NCBI GenBank assembly: GCA_031552535.1
Contig: JAVBMJ010000041.1
Span: forward strand, 1 to 64,000
DNA: 64,000 nt
DNA from: Rikenellaceae bacterium
GTDB taxonomy: Bacteria; Bacteroidota; Bacteroidia; Bacteroidales; Rikenellaceae
Reading direction: 5' to 3'
The notes below the pieces were generated by a model. That model was not told the origin of the DNA and did no database searches. It was given only the letters and a program-made list of their open reading frames with translations. Both the position numbers and the translations under genes were made by a program. Below, in pieces: positions 9,480 to 19,081 of this stretch. Every line of letters begins with the position of its first letter. The first letter of the stretch is position 1.

Positions 9480-10919
9480 ATGGAACCTATTTATCTGATC
9501 GTAATAGGCGTGGTTGTCGGATTTATCCTGATCACGTCGTTGATAAAGCGTTACAAACGCTGTCCGTCCGACAAAATTCTGGTGGTATATGGCAATACGG
9601 GCGGCTCGTCGGCAAAGTGTATCCACGGGGGCGGTGCTTTTATATGGCCTGTGATACAGGATTTTGCATACCTGAACCTGAAGCCCATCTCTATTGAAGC
9701 CAATCTTACTAACGCACTCAGCGGCCAAAATATCCGCGTCGATGTACCTTGCCGTTTCACGGTGGGTATTTCGACCGAGTCGGAGAGTATGAACAACGCT
9801 GCCGAGCGTCTTCTGGGGCTTACGGCCGAACAGATACAGGAGTTGGCGAGCGACATATTGTTCGGGCAGTTGCGCCTTGTGATAGCCACGATGACAATCG
9901 AGGAGATCAATGCCGACCGCGACAAGTTCCTGGAGAGCATATCGACCAACGTGGAGGCCGAGTTGAAGAAGATAGGCCTTAAGCTGATCAACGTAAATGT
10001 GACCGACATCAAAGATGAGTCGGGCTACATCGAGGCTTTGGGCCGCGAAGCTGCCGCAAAGGCTATCAACGAGGCGAAGGTAAGCGTAGCCATCCAGGAA
10101 AAAATAGGTGAGATCGGTAAAGCCGAGGCTAACCGCGACACCCGTATAAAGACAGCGGAAGCTAACGCCATAGCGGTAAAGGGGGAGAACCAGTCGCGCA
10201 TCGAGGTCGCCAATTCCGACGCATTGCGTCGAGAAAAGGAGGCTGAGGCGTTGCGTATAGCGACATCGGCCGAAAAGGTGCAGCAGGCCAAGGCGTTGCA
10301 GGATGCCTACGCTGCCGAGCAGCTTGCCGAAAATGCCCGTGCCGACCGTGAGCGCTCGACCCAGCAGGCCAATATAATCGTGCCGGCCGAAGTCGAGAAG
10401 AAGCGCCGTATCATCGAGGCACAGGCCGAGGCGGAGAAGGTGCGCGAAAATGCCAAGGGCGAAGCCGACGCAATATTCGTCAAGATGGATGCCGAAGCGA
10501 GGGGTTTATTCGAGATCCTTACCAAGCAGGCTGATGGTTACGACAAGGTTGTGCGTGCTGCCGGCGGCGATCCTTCGAAGGCCTACCAGCTGTTGTTGAT
10601 TGAGAAACTGCCAGAGTTGGTAAAGACGCAGGTCGAAGCGGTTAAGAATATCAAGATCGACAAAGTGACCGTTTGGGACGGCAATAACGGGAAGGATGGC
10701 ACCACATCGACGGCCAATTTCATATCGGGCATGATGAAGTCAGTACCGCCTTTGAACGACCTCTTCAATATGGCCGGGCTCAATTTGCCTAACTATCTGA
10801 AAGGTGACGCTGCACAGGCCGGAGACGACACTTCGTGTGCCGTTACGGTAACGGAGACGGATGAGGCCCACATAGCCCAACCTGAATCGGCGGACAGGAA
10901 AAAGACAGGGAAGAAGTAA
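9480..10919 (+). CDS. Flotillin family protein (SPFH/band-7 domain, long coiled-coil, EA-rich)
   Basis: 479 aa. N-terminal TM segment plus SPFH core, then extended Ala/Glu-rich heptad region typical of bacterial flotillins (YqiK/FloT-like). Confidence 0.85.
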   Translation: MEPIYLIVIGVVVGFILITSLIKRYKRCPSDKILVVYGNTGGSSAKCIHGGGAFIWPVIQDFAYLNLKPISIEANLTNALSGQNIRVDVPCRFTVGISTESESMNNAAERLLGLTAEQIQELASDILFGQLRLVIATMTIEEINADRDKFLESISTNVEAELKKIGLKLINVNVTDIKDESGYIEALGREAAAKAINEAKVSVAIQEKIGEIGKAEANRDTRIKTAEANAIAVKGENQSRIEVANSDALRREKEAEALRIATSAEKVQQAKALQDAYAAEQLAENARADRERSTQQANIIVPAEVEKKRRIIEAQAEAEKVRENAKGEADAIFVKMDAEARGLFEILTKQADGYDKVVRAAGGDPSKAYQLLLIEKLPELVKTQVEAVKNIKIDKVTVWDGNNGKDGTTSTANFISGMMKSVPPLNDLFNMAGLNLPNYLKGDAAQAGDDTSCAVTVTETDEAHIAQPESADRKKTGKK

Positions 10920-11365
10920 CCTGCCAGGGAACGGCAGGGGCGAATAAACTATCTCCGTATTCTATGAATAGTTTCGCACCATTACTATAGTTTTGATCCG
11001 CCTAAAACCCGATCACTTCTTTAAGGCGTGTTGGCATTGATGGTCACGCCCGCCTTTTGCGTTCTTTCTTACCTGGTTTAACACGCCCGGCATTGCTTAG
11101 GGACACAACATTGTCCGGATAAAAATAACGCGAAACCCGAGTTTCTCCGTACCGTTAACACGCTTTAGAAAATTGCGCATATGAGAATCTTTTCCAAAGG
11201 GGCGATTTCCAAAGGGCGAATAAGGAGAAGGTGGCTCAAAACAAGATATGCTTCTCTTAAAATCGTATATTTAAGAACTCCCCTGAGGGGGGCAAATGAG
11301 AAGAAGGTGTGCCGAACGACGGGACACCTTCCTTGTTTACAACCTTACCTACAAAAGCAAATAAA

Positions 11366-11396
11366 CGTGGACGGAAGAATAAATCTTCCGGCCACG
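11366..11396. terminator. Strong hairpin (13-bp stem, 1 mismatch) flanked by A-run and T-run; candidate bidirectional terminator in the flotillin / CE4 convergent gap
   Basis: CGTGGACGGAAGA-ATAAA-TCTTCCGGCCACG, with AAATAAA to the left and TTTATGCTGTTATTTT to the right. Confidence 0.5.
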
Positions 11397-11451
11397 TTTA
11401 TGCTGTTATTTTACGTCACTAAAAATCAAGCTGTTATCTGAAGAGATCGTT

Positions 11452-12300
11452 TTATCCAAGCTTTACCACCGGGACTTTACTCCAGTCGGTGGCTTTGTCG
11501 GCGGAAGCCAGATCGCAAAACTCGAAATCGGTAAGCCACCTGCGCAGTTTACGCTCTGCACGCCCCAGACCGACATAAGACTTGAACTTGCGCACCGCTG
11601 AAAGACCCTCCACCATAGGTTGGCCCGGATCGAGATCGCGCGGATGCAGGTAACTCATCAAATATTCGGACTCGCGGCTCCACCTGCGTATCAGCGGATA
11701 AGGCAGCAACCGGAAGTAGCCTCCGCCCGAAAAAACAAGATTACGGCCGCCTATGAGTTTTGTACTAATAGGGAACTCCTTTAACTTCACTCCGTTATAC
11801 TCGATCAAACTGGGCTGGGCTTTCCCGAACGACGGTATGCCCCCATGGGCATGCGCCGCCGGAAATACCGAACAGTCTATCTCTATACCACACTGGGCAA
11901 TGATCTCGAACGCCCACGGCTGCTTTTCGGTTATCGAAAAACCCGGAGCCCGGAAATAACGCACAGGTTTGCCGGTTATGTCTTCCAGCAGATGGATCGA
12001 CGCGGTGAGTTCGCGGCGGAAACTATCGGGCGTCATCGCGCTTATCAGGTCGTGGTTGACCGTATGCGATCCTATCTCGTAGCTGTCGGCTATCTTTCGG
12101 ACCACCTCGGGATATTGCTTTGCAATCCAGCCTATTATAAAGAATGTCGCACTGGTATTCGTCTCGTCCAGCAACCGGAGTATACGGTCGGTGTTCTCAT
12201 GTATGCGAACCTCGAATTTAGACCACTGCTCCTCGCCGGCCGTCGATTCGTTTTCCAACAGGTGGAACCACTCCTCTATGTCGAAAGTCAGTATGTTCAT
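11452..12300 (-). CDS. Polysaccharide deacetylase family protein (CE4; DUF3473-type, EPS-locus associated)
   Basis: 282 aa. N-terminal LTFDIEEWFH signature and conserved H/D residues of the NodB fold. Confidence 0.8.
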   Translation of the reverse strand: MNILTFDIEEWFHLLENESTAGEEQWSKFEVRIHENTDRILRLLDETNTSATFFIIGWIAKQYPEVVRKIADSYEIGSHTVNHDLISAMTPDSFRRELTASIHLLEDITGKPVRYFRAPGFSITEKQPWAFEIIAQCGIEIDCSVFPAAHAHGGIPSFGKAQPSLIEYNGVKLKEFPISTKLIGGRNLVFSGGGYFRLLPYPLIRRWSRESEYLMSYLHPRDLDPGQPMVEGLSAVRKFKSYVGLGRAERKLRRWLTDFEFCDLASADKATDWSKVPVVKLG

Positions 12301-12387
12301 ATCTCAGATAGATTATTAATAACGGGGCGAATCCGGTAAACGGTAAATTTTATTTATGTTGACCCAGGTAAACCACCTGGCAAACCG

Positions 12388-13455
12388 CTACAGGTCGTCC
12401 GAGTCCACAAACATCAGGTGCCAGTTCTCTTCCGCCATCAGCTCCCCGTCGGTAAACTCCCCCGACAGATTCTTCACGATCAGGCTGAAAACAAAAGGAC
12501 TCTTGAAGAATCCGTTACGCAACAGACGGTATTTCGATGCCGACGTCCCGCTCATCATCATCATTATGGCCTCCTTACCGTTCTCGCGGGCAGAGAGGAG
12601 CAATGCCCGGTGCAGGTTGCCCAGGCATGCCTCCTCTCCCGGCAACACCATGAAATCGAGAACACCGTACGACGGGACCCCTTCTTTTACAATGGCCCGT
12701 GCCGACACCATACCGCATAACCTGTTCTCTTTGTAGGCCCCAAAAAATAGGTACTCCTTGCCCGGCGCACCATATCTCCAACGCGAAAAGCCGGGGTCCT
12801 TAACCAGATGGTTCCTAACGCTCACACTCCATCCGGCAATAAAGTCACCGTATCCGGCAATATCCTCCACCCTACCGAACGACCTTATTTCGTAACGTTT
12901 ATCACAACATCCCGACATCACAGCGTTGTACAATCCCACAAAGGGATTCAGCAGCGGCGCCGCGAATCCCGCCTTCTTCGACCTGAGCAACGCTCCCATC
13001 TTCACAAAGCGCATGTAGAGCGGCATCCTGAAGGCGATTTTCCATCCCACCTTCAGGTGCCCGGGTATCACGGCCTTGCGTATCGGGTAACCCGTAGCAA
13101 ACGACAGCCCCTCCCGTTGCATTTCGCCGGTCGAATACCTCCCCATTTTCGTGAACACCCCCTGCCCCCTGAAACGCGAACTGGTCATCACATCGCATAC
13201 CATCGCCACCGGCACCGTACGCCCTCCTATATTGTAATTATAGGGGATTGCTGCGTAGTATCCTGCCATCGCATCGCCTATACGGGCTATATACTCATAA
13301 GAGGGCCGCGAGGCGGGAAACGAATGGAACTTCCATAAATAGTAATGCTGCTCGACGACAGTAGTCCCTATATTTTCCGGAAAACAGTCGACAAACAACT
13401 CACGTTGCTCCTTAAGGCCGGTGCGGTAGTCGAACCGCTCCATCTTGACATCCAT
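12388..13455 (-). CDS. FemAB-like / GNAT-fold acyltransferase (EPS-locus associated)
   Basis: 355 aa. GNAT CoA-binding motif FRGQGVF, about twice GNAT length as in FemAB/BioF2-like proteins. Confidence 0.65.
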   Translation of the reverse strand: MDVKMERFDYRTGLKEQRELFVDCFPENIGTTVVEQHYYLWKFHSFPASRPSYEYIARIGDAMAGYYAAIPYNYNIGGRTVPVAMVCDVMTSSRFRGQGVFTKMGRYSTGEMQREGLSFATGYPIRKAVIPGHLKVGWKIAFRMPLYMRFVKMGALLRSKKAGFAAPLLNPFVGLYNAVMSGCCDKRYEIRSFGRVEDIAGYGDFIAGWSVSVRNHLVKDPGFSRWRYGAPGKEYLFFGAYKENRLCGMVSARAIVKEGVPSYGVLDFMVLPGEEACLGNLHRALLLSARENGKEAIMMMMSGTSASKYRLLRNGFFKSPFVFSLIVKNLSGEFTDGELMAEENWHLMFVDSDDL

Positions 13456-14144
13456 TATACCAATCCTCCGTTAATGTCTATTTCACTGCCGTTGACGTAG
13501 GGAGTATCCATAAGATACCGCACCGTCCTGAAAATCTCCTCCGGCTCGCAGAATCTGCCCGAAGGTATCAACGCCTTTATCTTTTCCTGGTACGCCTCCG
13601 GCACGTCGTTCACACCCATGCCGGCGTTGACATAGCCCAGGTTGATCGAGTTTACGGTGATCCCCATCGAACCGTTTTCCGCGGCGAGCGAACGGGACAG
13701 ACCCCAAAGGGCCGACTTGGTGGCGGCATAAGCGCTGACACCCGGCGTGGGGAACTTCGCGACGACCGACGAAATGTTGATTATGCGGCCATAGCGCTGG
13801 GTACGCATCAGCGGCAGCACTTCATGGATCACATTGAACGTCCCCAGCAGATTGACCTCCACCACCCGGCGCCACTTGTCCATGTCGGCTTTATGGGCGA
13901 ACGAATTGTAAGAGATGCCCGCGCAGTTTATCAGGACGATATCCCGCAGATGCTCACCTAACGATGCGATCCACTCCTGCACTGCCCGGTAGTCCGAGAT
14001 ATCCACCCTGCGGTAATCGGCAGCATCCTCCTCGAACCCCTCCAGCGAAGAGTTGTAGGTCCCCGCCACCTCGTAACCGGCTCCCTTGAAGGCGGTGAAA
14101 AGGTAGCGTCCCACATTTTTCGAAGCGCCCGTAATGATTATCAT
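13455..14144 (-). CDS. SDR family oxidoreductase (ketoreductase-like)
   Basis: ITGASKNVG Rossmann motif and YxxxK. The start is chosen at MIIITGAS, giving a 4-bp ATGA overlap with the upstream KAS III gene; the ORF is open to 14177. Confidence 0.75.
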   Translation of the reverse strand: MIIITGASKNVGRYLFTAFKGAGYEVAGTYNSSLEGFEEDAADYRRVDISDYRAVQEWIASLGEHLRDIVLINCAGISYNSFAHKADMDKWRRVVEVNLLGTFNVIHEVLPLMRTQRYGRIINISSVVAKFPTPGVSAYAATKSALWGLSRSLAAENGSMGITVNSINLGYVNAGMGVNDVPEAYQEKIKALIPSGRFCEPEEIFRTVRYLMDTPYVNGSEIDINGGLV

Positions 14145-15136
14145 GACCACTTGATGATTGCCGCGCCGTAGGTCCAACCGCTACCCACAGCCGCGAAGAG
14201 TATGTTGTCTCCCTTTTTGATCTTGCCGGCCCGGTTGACCTCGTCCAGCAGGATGGGAATCGTACCGCCCGACGTGTTGGCGTAACGCTCCATATTGTGC
14301 ATCACCTTCTCGAAGGGGAGGCCTATGATCTCGGCCGTTTTCTTCAGAATCCTTATACTCGGCTGATGGGGAACCATCAGCGATATATCTTCGATACTGA
14401 GGCCTGTATCCTCCAACACCTGCCCGATAGCCTTGGGCAGAACCTTCACCGCAGACGAGAATACCACGCTTCCGTTCATCTGGAAGTAGTGGTCGCCCCG
14501 CTCCAGCGTCTCCACGCTCGACACCATCTCCGAGCCGCCCGCCGGGATGGTAAACCCGAACATCTCCTCACGCGTGTCGGTATAGAGGCGGTATGCCAGA
14601 AATCCCTCGTCGTCGCTGGCGTGGCTCAGCACGGCGGCTCCGGCCCCGTCGCCGAAGAACACTGCGTCGCGGCGGTTCCAGTCGGTGATCTTCGAAAATG
14701 TGTCGGCTCCGATCACCAAAACGTTATCGTAAACCCCGCTGGCGATGTACTGACTGGCCACCGACGTGGCGAACAGGAATCCACTGCAAACAGCCGACAG
14801 GTCGAACGCCGCCGCATTATGCGCCTTCATTTTATTCTGCACTATGGCGGCCGTCGATGGCGCCTTGCGGTCGGGGGTGGCCGTGGCCACTATGATCAGG
14901 TCGATATCCTCGACTCCGAGTCCTGCGTTTTCGACAGCCCTCAATCCGGCTTTCATGGCCAGGTCGCTCGTGGGCTGGTCAGGCGCGGCAATGTGCCTCT
15001 CCTTTATTCCCACGTTCTCATAAACCCACGCTGCACTGGTGGGCACTATCGTTTCGAGATACTCGTTGGTATATACCGTTTCGGGCGCGTATGAACCCGT
15101 GCCGATGATCCTGACACTACGTATTACTTGTTTCAT
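14141..15136 (-). CDS. 3-oxoacyl-ACP synthase III (FabH-like KAS III) family protein
   Basis: 331 aa. N-terminus IIGTGSYAPE, active-site Cys context AACSGF and C-terminal GSGWTYG are hallmark KAS III blocks. Confidence 0.85.
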   Translation of the reverse strand: MKQVIRSVRIIGTGSYAPETVYTNEYLETIVPTSAAWVYENVGIKERHIAAPDQPTSDLAMKAGLRAVENAGLGVEDIDLIIVATATPDRKAPSTAAIVQNKMKAHNAAAFDLSAVCSGFLFATSVASQYIASGVYDNVLVIGADTFSKITDWNRRDAVFFGDGAGAAVLSHASDDEGFLAYRLYTDTREEMFGFTIPAGGSEMVSSVETLERGDHYFQMNGSVVFSSAVKVLPKAIGQVLEDTGLSIEDISLMVPHQPSIRILKKTAEIIGLPFEKVMHNMERYANTSGGTIPILLDEVNRAGKIKKGDNILFAAVGSGWTYGAAIIKWS

Positions 15137-15154
15137 ATCCGTAAATATAATATG

Positions 15155-16387
15155 TTATTTTTTTCTTACCCTGTCGGCCCCCAACCGCCCCAGCGAGGCT
15201 ACCAGATCCGATACAATGACATCTTTAGAAAAATGGTCGTGATAGTATTTCCTGCCTTTCCCCCCCATTTCAGAAAGTGCTTCGGCGCCCAGAGCCTTGG
15301 CTGCACGCACATTGTTGGCCAAAGCTATATGGTCGGCGGCATGGGCCGCAAATCCACACCCAGACTCCTTCACCACCTCGTATCCCGCCCCGTTGATCAT
15401 AGCCATGACAGGCTTGCCGAAAGCCATGTATGACTGCGTGCGCGACGGAAGCGTCAGGTTGATCACGTCGTTATCCTTCAACGTAACCAGCAGCACGTCG
15501 GCACGCGAATAGACCTGCGGCATGGCATCGAGCGGAAAACGGCCCGGCAAAAATACCGTGTCGCTCAACCCCTGCGCCGCTACTTCGGCCTCCAGCCACT
15601 CCTTCTTGCTGCCGCTACCTACGAACACCCACTTGATCTCCTTATCGTCGGCGGTCTCGGTGGCGGCTTTGACGATGTAGTCAACCCCCTGTCCTTCGGA
15701 TATATTGCCTGCGAACATCACCACAAATCCCCCTGGTATGACGTCCTTATATTGATCGCTGTCCGCCACGGGCGACAGGAAAATATCTTCGGCCCAGTTG
15801 GGCAGATAGTGTATCTTCTTACCGTCGGCCCCTTTTTCCATCACAGAGGCCCGGAAACCTTTGCTCGATATGTATATCCTATCGGCCTTTTTATATATGT
15901 ACCGCACCATCCGGCCTATCTGCCTGTAAATAAACCCCGAATTCAGCCTTTCGGACGCGGCCACGCATTCGGGCCACAAATCCTGCACCCACAATCCGAA
16001 AGGGGTCCCGTAAACAGCCCTGTGGACCATGGCCGGGAACGCCATGATGATAGGCGAAGTGGCGAACACGAAACTCGCGTCGTAGCGCCTCGGGTGGAAC
16101 AGCGCGAAGATAGAAGCGAACAGCGCAAACGACAAATAGTTGATTGCCAACTTAAAACCACTGGCATCACCCCGCGCAAAGATCGGTATGCGATACACCG
16201 TAGCCCCGTTGTATTCGCCTTTCACCTTCGAGAAAAACCCATAGCCGTTATAGAATTTTCCTTCCGGATAATTGGGTTTGCCGGTGATCACCGACACCTC
16301 ATGCCCACGCCTGACCAACTCAGTCACAAGATCGTTGATCTTGAAACTTTCGGGCCAAAAATGCTGGGATACGACAAGAATCTTCAT
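15155..16387 (-). CDS. Glycosyltransferase family 4 (WcaI-like)
   Basis: N-terminus MKILVVSQHFWPE, EX7E-type C-terminal region. The start is set at MKILVV; the ORF is open to 16438. Confidence 0.8.
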   Translation of the reverse strand: MKILVVSQHFWPESFKINDLVTELVRRGHEVSVITGKPNYPEGKFYNGYGFFSKVKGEYNGATVYRIPIFARGDASGFKLAINYLSFALFASIFALFHPRRYDASFVFATSPIIMAFPAMVHRAVYGTPFGLWVQDLWPECVAASERLNSGFIYRQIGRMVRYIYKKADRIYISSKGFRASVMEKGADGKKIHYLPNWAEDIFLSPVADSDQYKDVIPGGFVVMFAGNISEGQGVDYIVKAATETADDKEIKWVFVGSGSKKEWLEAEVAAQGLSDTVFLPGRFPLDAMPQVYSRADVLLVTLKDNDVINLTLPSRTQSYMAFGKPVMAMINGAGYEVVKESGCGFAAHAADHIALANNVRAAKALGAEALSEMGGKGRKYYHDHFSKDVIVSDLVASLGRLGADRVRKK

Positions 16388-16465
16388 TCTGTTAAAACCG
16401 TTAAGGCGTGTTAAGGAACTATTAACCAGAGCGACCATGCTATGTCGCGACAGTCACGCCGACGC

Positions 16466-17596
16466 CTAAATAAACTTCGACCAGACCGTACGGTTGATAT
16501 AATCCGTATATGATAGTATGATCCGTACAACCTTCTTCGAAACGTTGTCGGCATCGTAATCCGGGATCGGACGTATCGCCGTGGGGTTCTCATTGAACTG
16601 TGAAACAACCACCTCTATCGCATCGAGTATCCGTCCGCTTTCGAGGCCGGTCATAATCAGCGTCCCTTCGTCCATACCCTCCGGGCGCTCATGGGCCTGG
16701 CGGATGGTGATCGCCGGGAAACCCAGTATCGACGACTCTTCGGTGATCGTGCCGCTGTCCGATATGCAGCAATACGCATTCTGCTGCAGCTTGATATACT
16801 CCAGGAAGCCGAAAGGCTTCATGAACTCTATCATCGGATTGCTGTTCACAAACCCTATTGCTTCCAGCTTTTTACGCGTGCGCGGATGAGTCGATACAAT
16901 GACTTTTTTGCCATATTTGGCCACTATTGCCGACAGCGACTCCAGCAGGTCGCTGAAATTCTTCTCCGAATCGACATTCTCCTCGCGGTGGGTCGACACA
17001 ATGAAATAATCACCTTTCGAGAGTCCTTCGCGCTCCAGAATGTCCGATTTTTCGATATCCGCCTTATGGTGCTCCAACACCTCGCGCATCGGCGAACCGG
17101 TCTTTATCACCGTTTCCGGAGGCAACCCCTCGGCGACCAGGTATTTGCGGGCATGTTCCGACAGCGGCATATTGATGTCGCTCAGGTGGTCCACAATCTT
17201 GCGGTTGATCTCCTCGGGCACCCTCTGGTCGAAACAACGGTTACCCGCCTCCATATGGAAGATGGGTATCTTGCGCTTCTTGGCCGGGATCACCGAGATG
17301 CAACTGTTCGTGTCGCCGTAGAGCAACACCGCTTCGGGGCGCTCTTTCTCCATCACCTCGTCGGCCTTCATTATCACGTTGGCTATCGTCTCCGAAGCAT
17401 TCTTGCCTGCTGCATCGAGGAAATAGTCCGGTTTGCGGACTCCCAACTGCTGGAAAAATATCTCGTTCAGCTCGAAATCGAAATTCTGCCCCGTGTGCAC
17501 CAGCACATGGTTCGTGTATTTATCCAACTCGGCAATAACCCTGCTGAGTTTTATTATCTCGGGACGCGTCCCGACTATCGTCATAACTTTCAACAT
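16466..17596 (-). CDS. UDP-N-acetylglucosamine 2-epimerase, non-hydrolysing (FnlC/Cap5G/WecB family)
   Basis: 376 aa. N-terminus VGTRPEIIKLSRVI and HTGQNFD, a strong WecB-family match. Confidence 0.88.
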   Translation of the reverse strand: MLKVMTIVGTRPEIIKLSRVIAELDKYTNHVLVHTGQNFDFELNEIFFQQLGVRKPDYFLDAAGKNASETIANVIMKADEVMEKERPEAVLLYGDTNSCISVIPAKKRKIPIFHMEAGNRCFDQRVPEEINRKIVDHLSDINMPLSEHARKYLVAEGLPPETVIKTGSPMREVLEHHKADIEKSDILEREGLSKGDYFIVSTHREENVDSEKNFSDLLESLSAIVAKYGKKVIVSTHPRTRKKLEAIGFVNSNPMIEFMKPFGFLEYIKLQQNAYCCISDSGTITEESSILGFPAITIRQAHERPEGMDEGTLIMTGLESGRILDAIEVVVSQFNENPTAIRPIPDYDADNVSKKVVRIILSYTDYINRTVWSKFI

Positions 17597-17680
17597 AATT
17601 CATCTGTTTTAACAAGCCTCGCAGCCTGACTTAAAAATGCACCGGCCAAAGTGTCGCCGCCGCGTACCGCGACTTCAGAC

Positions 17681-18535
17681 TTAAGCAAAATAGTGCGGAT
17701 ACAACTCCTTATGGGAATCGACCCACTCCTTCATTTCAATAACCTGCTGCTCGTAGGAGGGCACCACGAACGAAAAATCGGTGCGCGTACACTTCAGCGT
17801 CTTATCGAGGCTCAATGCGTCCACAGGCTTGACAACCACCTCGCTGTTGCGGAAATAGCGGCTGAAGAGCCTCAGCAGTTCGTACTTCGAGATATTACTG
17901 TTGTTGACCAGGTTATACAGCCCCGTAAGATTCTCCCTGGCAGCCTGCTCCATGGCCTTGGCCAGCGTGAGGGTGGTCACCCCCGTCCACATCGCACCCG
18001 TGAAGCCGTTGATCTCGCCCTTCTGTTTCATAAACCAGTTGAAAAGGCCTATTCCCGCAGGATTCATATCGGGACCTATGATCGAGTTGCGGAACGTGAG
18101 ATTCCTGTCGTCTTCGATTTCGCCCAACGCTTTGCTGCGGTCGTAGAATGTCCGCCCGTCGCGCAAAGAATCCTCGGTGTAAGGGCCCGTGTTACCCGCA
18201 AAAACGCAGTCGGTGCTCATGTGTATAAACTTTGTCTTGCTGCCGCGTAACGTATCGGCGCACAGGTGCGGCAGATAACCGTTGAGGTACGCGGCCATTG
18301 CCTGGTTGTCTTCGGCCACCTGGTTGAGAATGCCGATGCAGTTCACGACCAGATCGTAATCTCCTTCGGTCAGCATCGCCTTGAACTTGTCGACCTCAAA
18401 GGCGTTGCCTACAATATTACGCACAAACGGGAACGGAGCCATGGAATAAGCCGTCACATCGTGGCCCTGTTCTTTGAAATAGAGGGTGATCGTATGGCCG
18501 GCCATGCCTATCGAACCCAGTATAAGTACCTTCAT
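17681..18535 (-). CDS. RmlD-like SDR reductase (FnlB / CapF N-domain equivalent)
   Basis: 284 aa. N-terminus MKVLILGSIGMAGH (Rossmann fold); resembles dTDP-4-dehydrorhamnose reductase-like sugar reductases. Confidence 0.7.
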   Translation of the reverse strand: MKVLILGSIGMAGHTITLYFKEQGHDVTAYSMAPFPFVRNIVGNAFEVDKFKAMLTEGDYDLVVNCIGILNQVAEDNQAMAAYLNGYLPHLCADTLRGSKTKFIHMSTDCVFAGNTGPYTEDSLRDGRTFYDRSKALGEIEDDRNLTFRNSIIGPDMNPAGIGLFNWFMKQKGEINGFTGAMWTGVTTLTLAKAMEQAARENLTGLYNLVNNSNISKYELLRLFSRYFRNSEVVVKPVDALSLDKTLKCTRTDFSFVVPSYEQQVIEMKEWVDSHKELYPHYFA

Positions 18536-18643
18536 GGTTTATTTCTTTTGTAATATTAACAACTCTCCCGCAAGAAAGCCTTTGTCTGCCAAAACTTCCC
18601 GGATGTTCTATGACGGAGTTACGTCATAGAACCGGACCGGTTC

Positions 18644-19081
18644 TTAAAATTTCGACCAGTCGACCCACATCCCGGCATCGTATCTCCACGAATCGAGAAC
18701 GGCATCGCTGAGTATCTTATCCGAATAGACCAGCATCAGCGAATCTCTCTCCAGCGCCTTGAACCCGTTGGCATACCCTTTGGGCACACACAACACTCCC
18801 GGGCGGTCGGCGGAAAGCACATATTCCTCCGCCCGGAGGTCGGACGACGGGGCGTCCCAGTCGTCTATCCTAACGAAAGCGCCGGCAAAGGATCCGCGCA
18901 ACACAGTGAACCACTTGCGCTCGTCCTGATGCGCATGCCAGGCCCTGACGACCGAACAATCGGGATGCATGATCGTGTAAAAACGGCGCACATGATCCAT
19001 ATCCAGCTCGTTGCAATGCGCTATCGAGCCGCGGTGGTCGGTAAAAATACCCCCTTCGATGAATCTTACGCTGTCGCTCAT
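18644..19081 (-). CDS. Cupin-fold sugar epimerase/isomerase (CapF C-domain / WxcM-like)
   Basis: 145 aa beta-rich small protein between fnlA and the SDR; His-containing cupin motif (HAHQDE). 4-bp overlap with fnlA. Confidence 0.55.
   Translation of the reverse strand: MSDSVRFIEGGIFTDHRGSIAHCNELDMDHVRRFYTIMHPDCSVVRAWHAHQDERKWFTVLRGSFAGAFVRIDDWDAPSSDLRAEEYVLSADRPGVLCVPKGYANGFKALERDSLMLVYSDKILSDAVLDSWRYDAGMWVDWSKF

Noticed and set aside
11181-11441. 86-aa ORF in the flotillin/CE4 convergent intergenic region
   Set aside because: Basic, low-complexity translation with no motif. The region contains a strong terminator-like hairpin (11366..11396) overlapping the ORF, so it is more likely non-coding.
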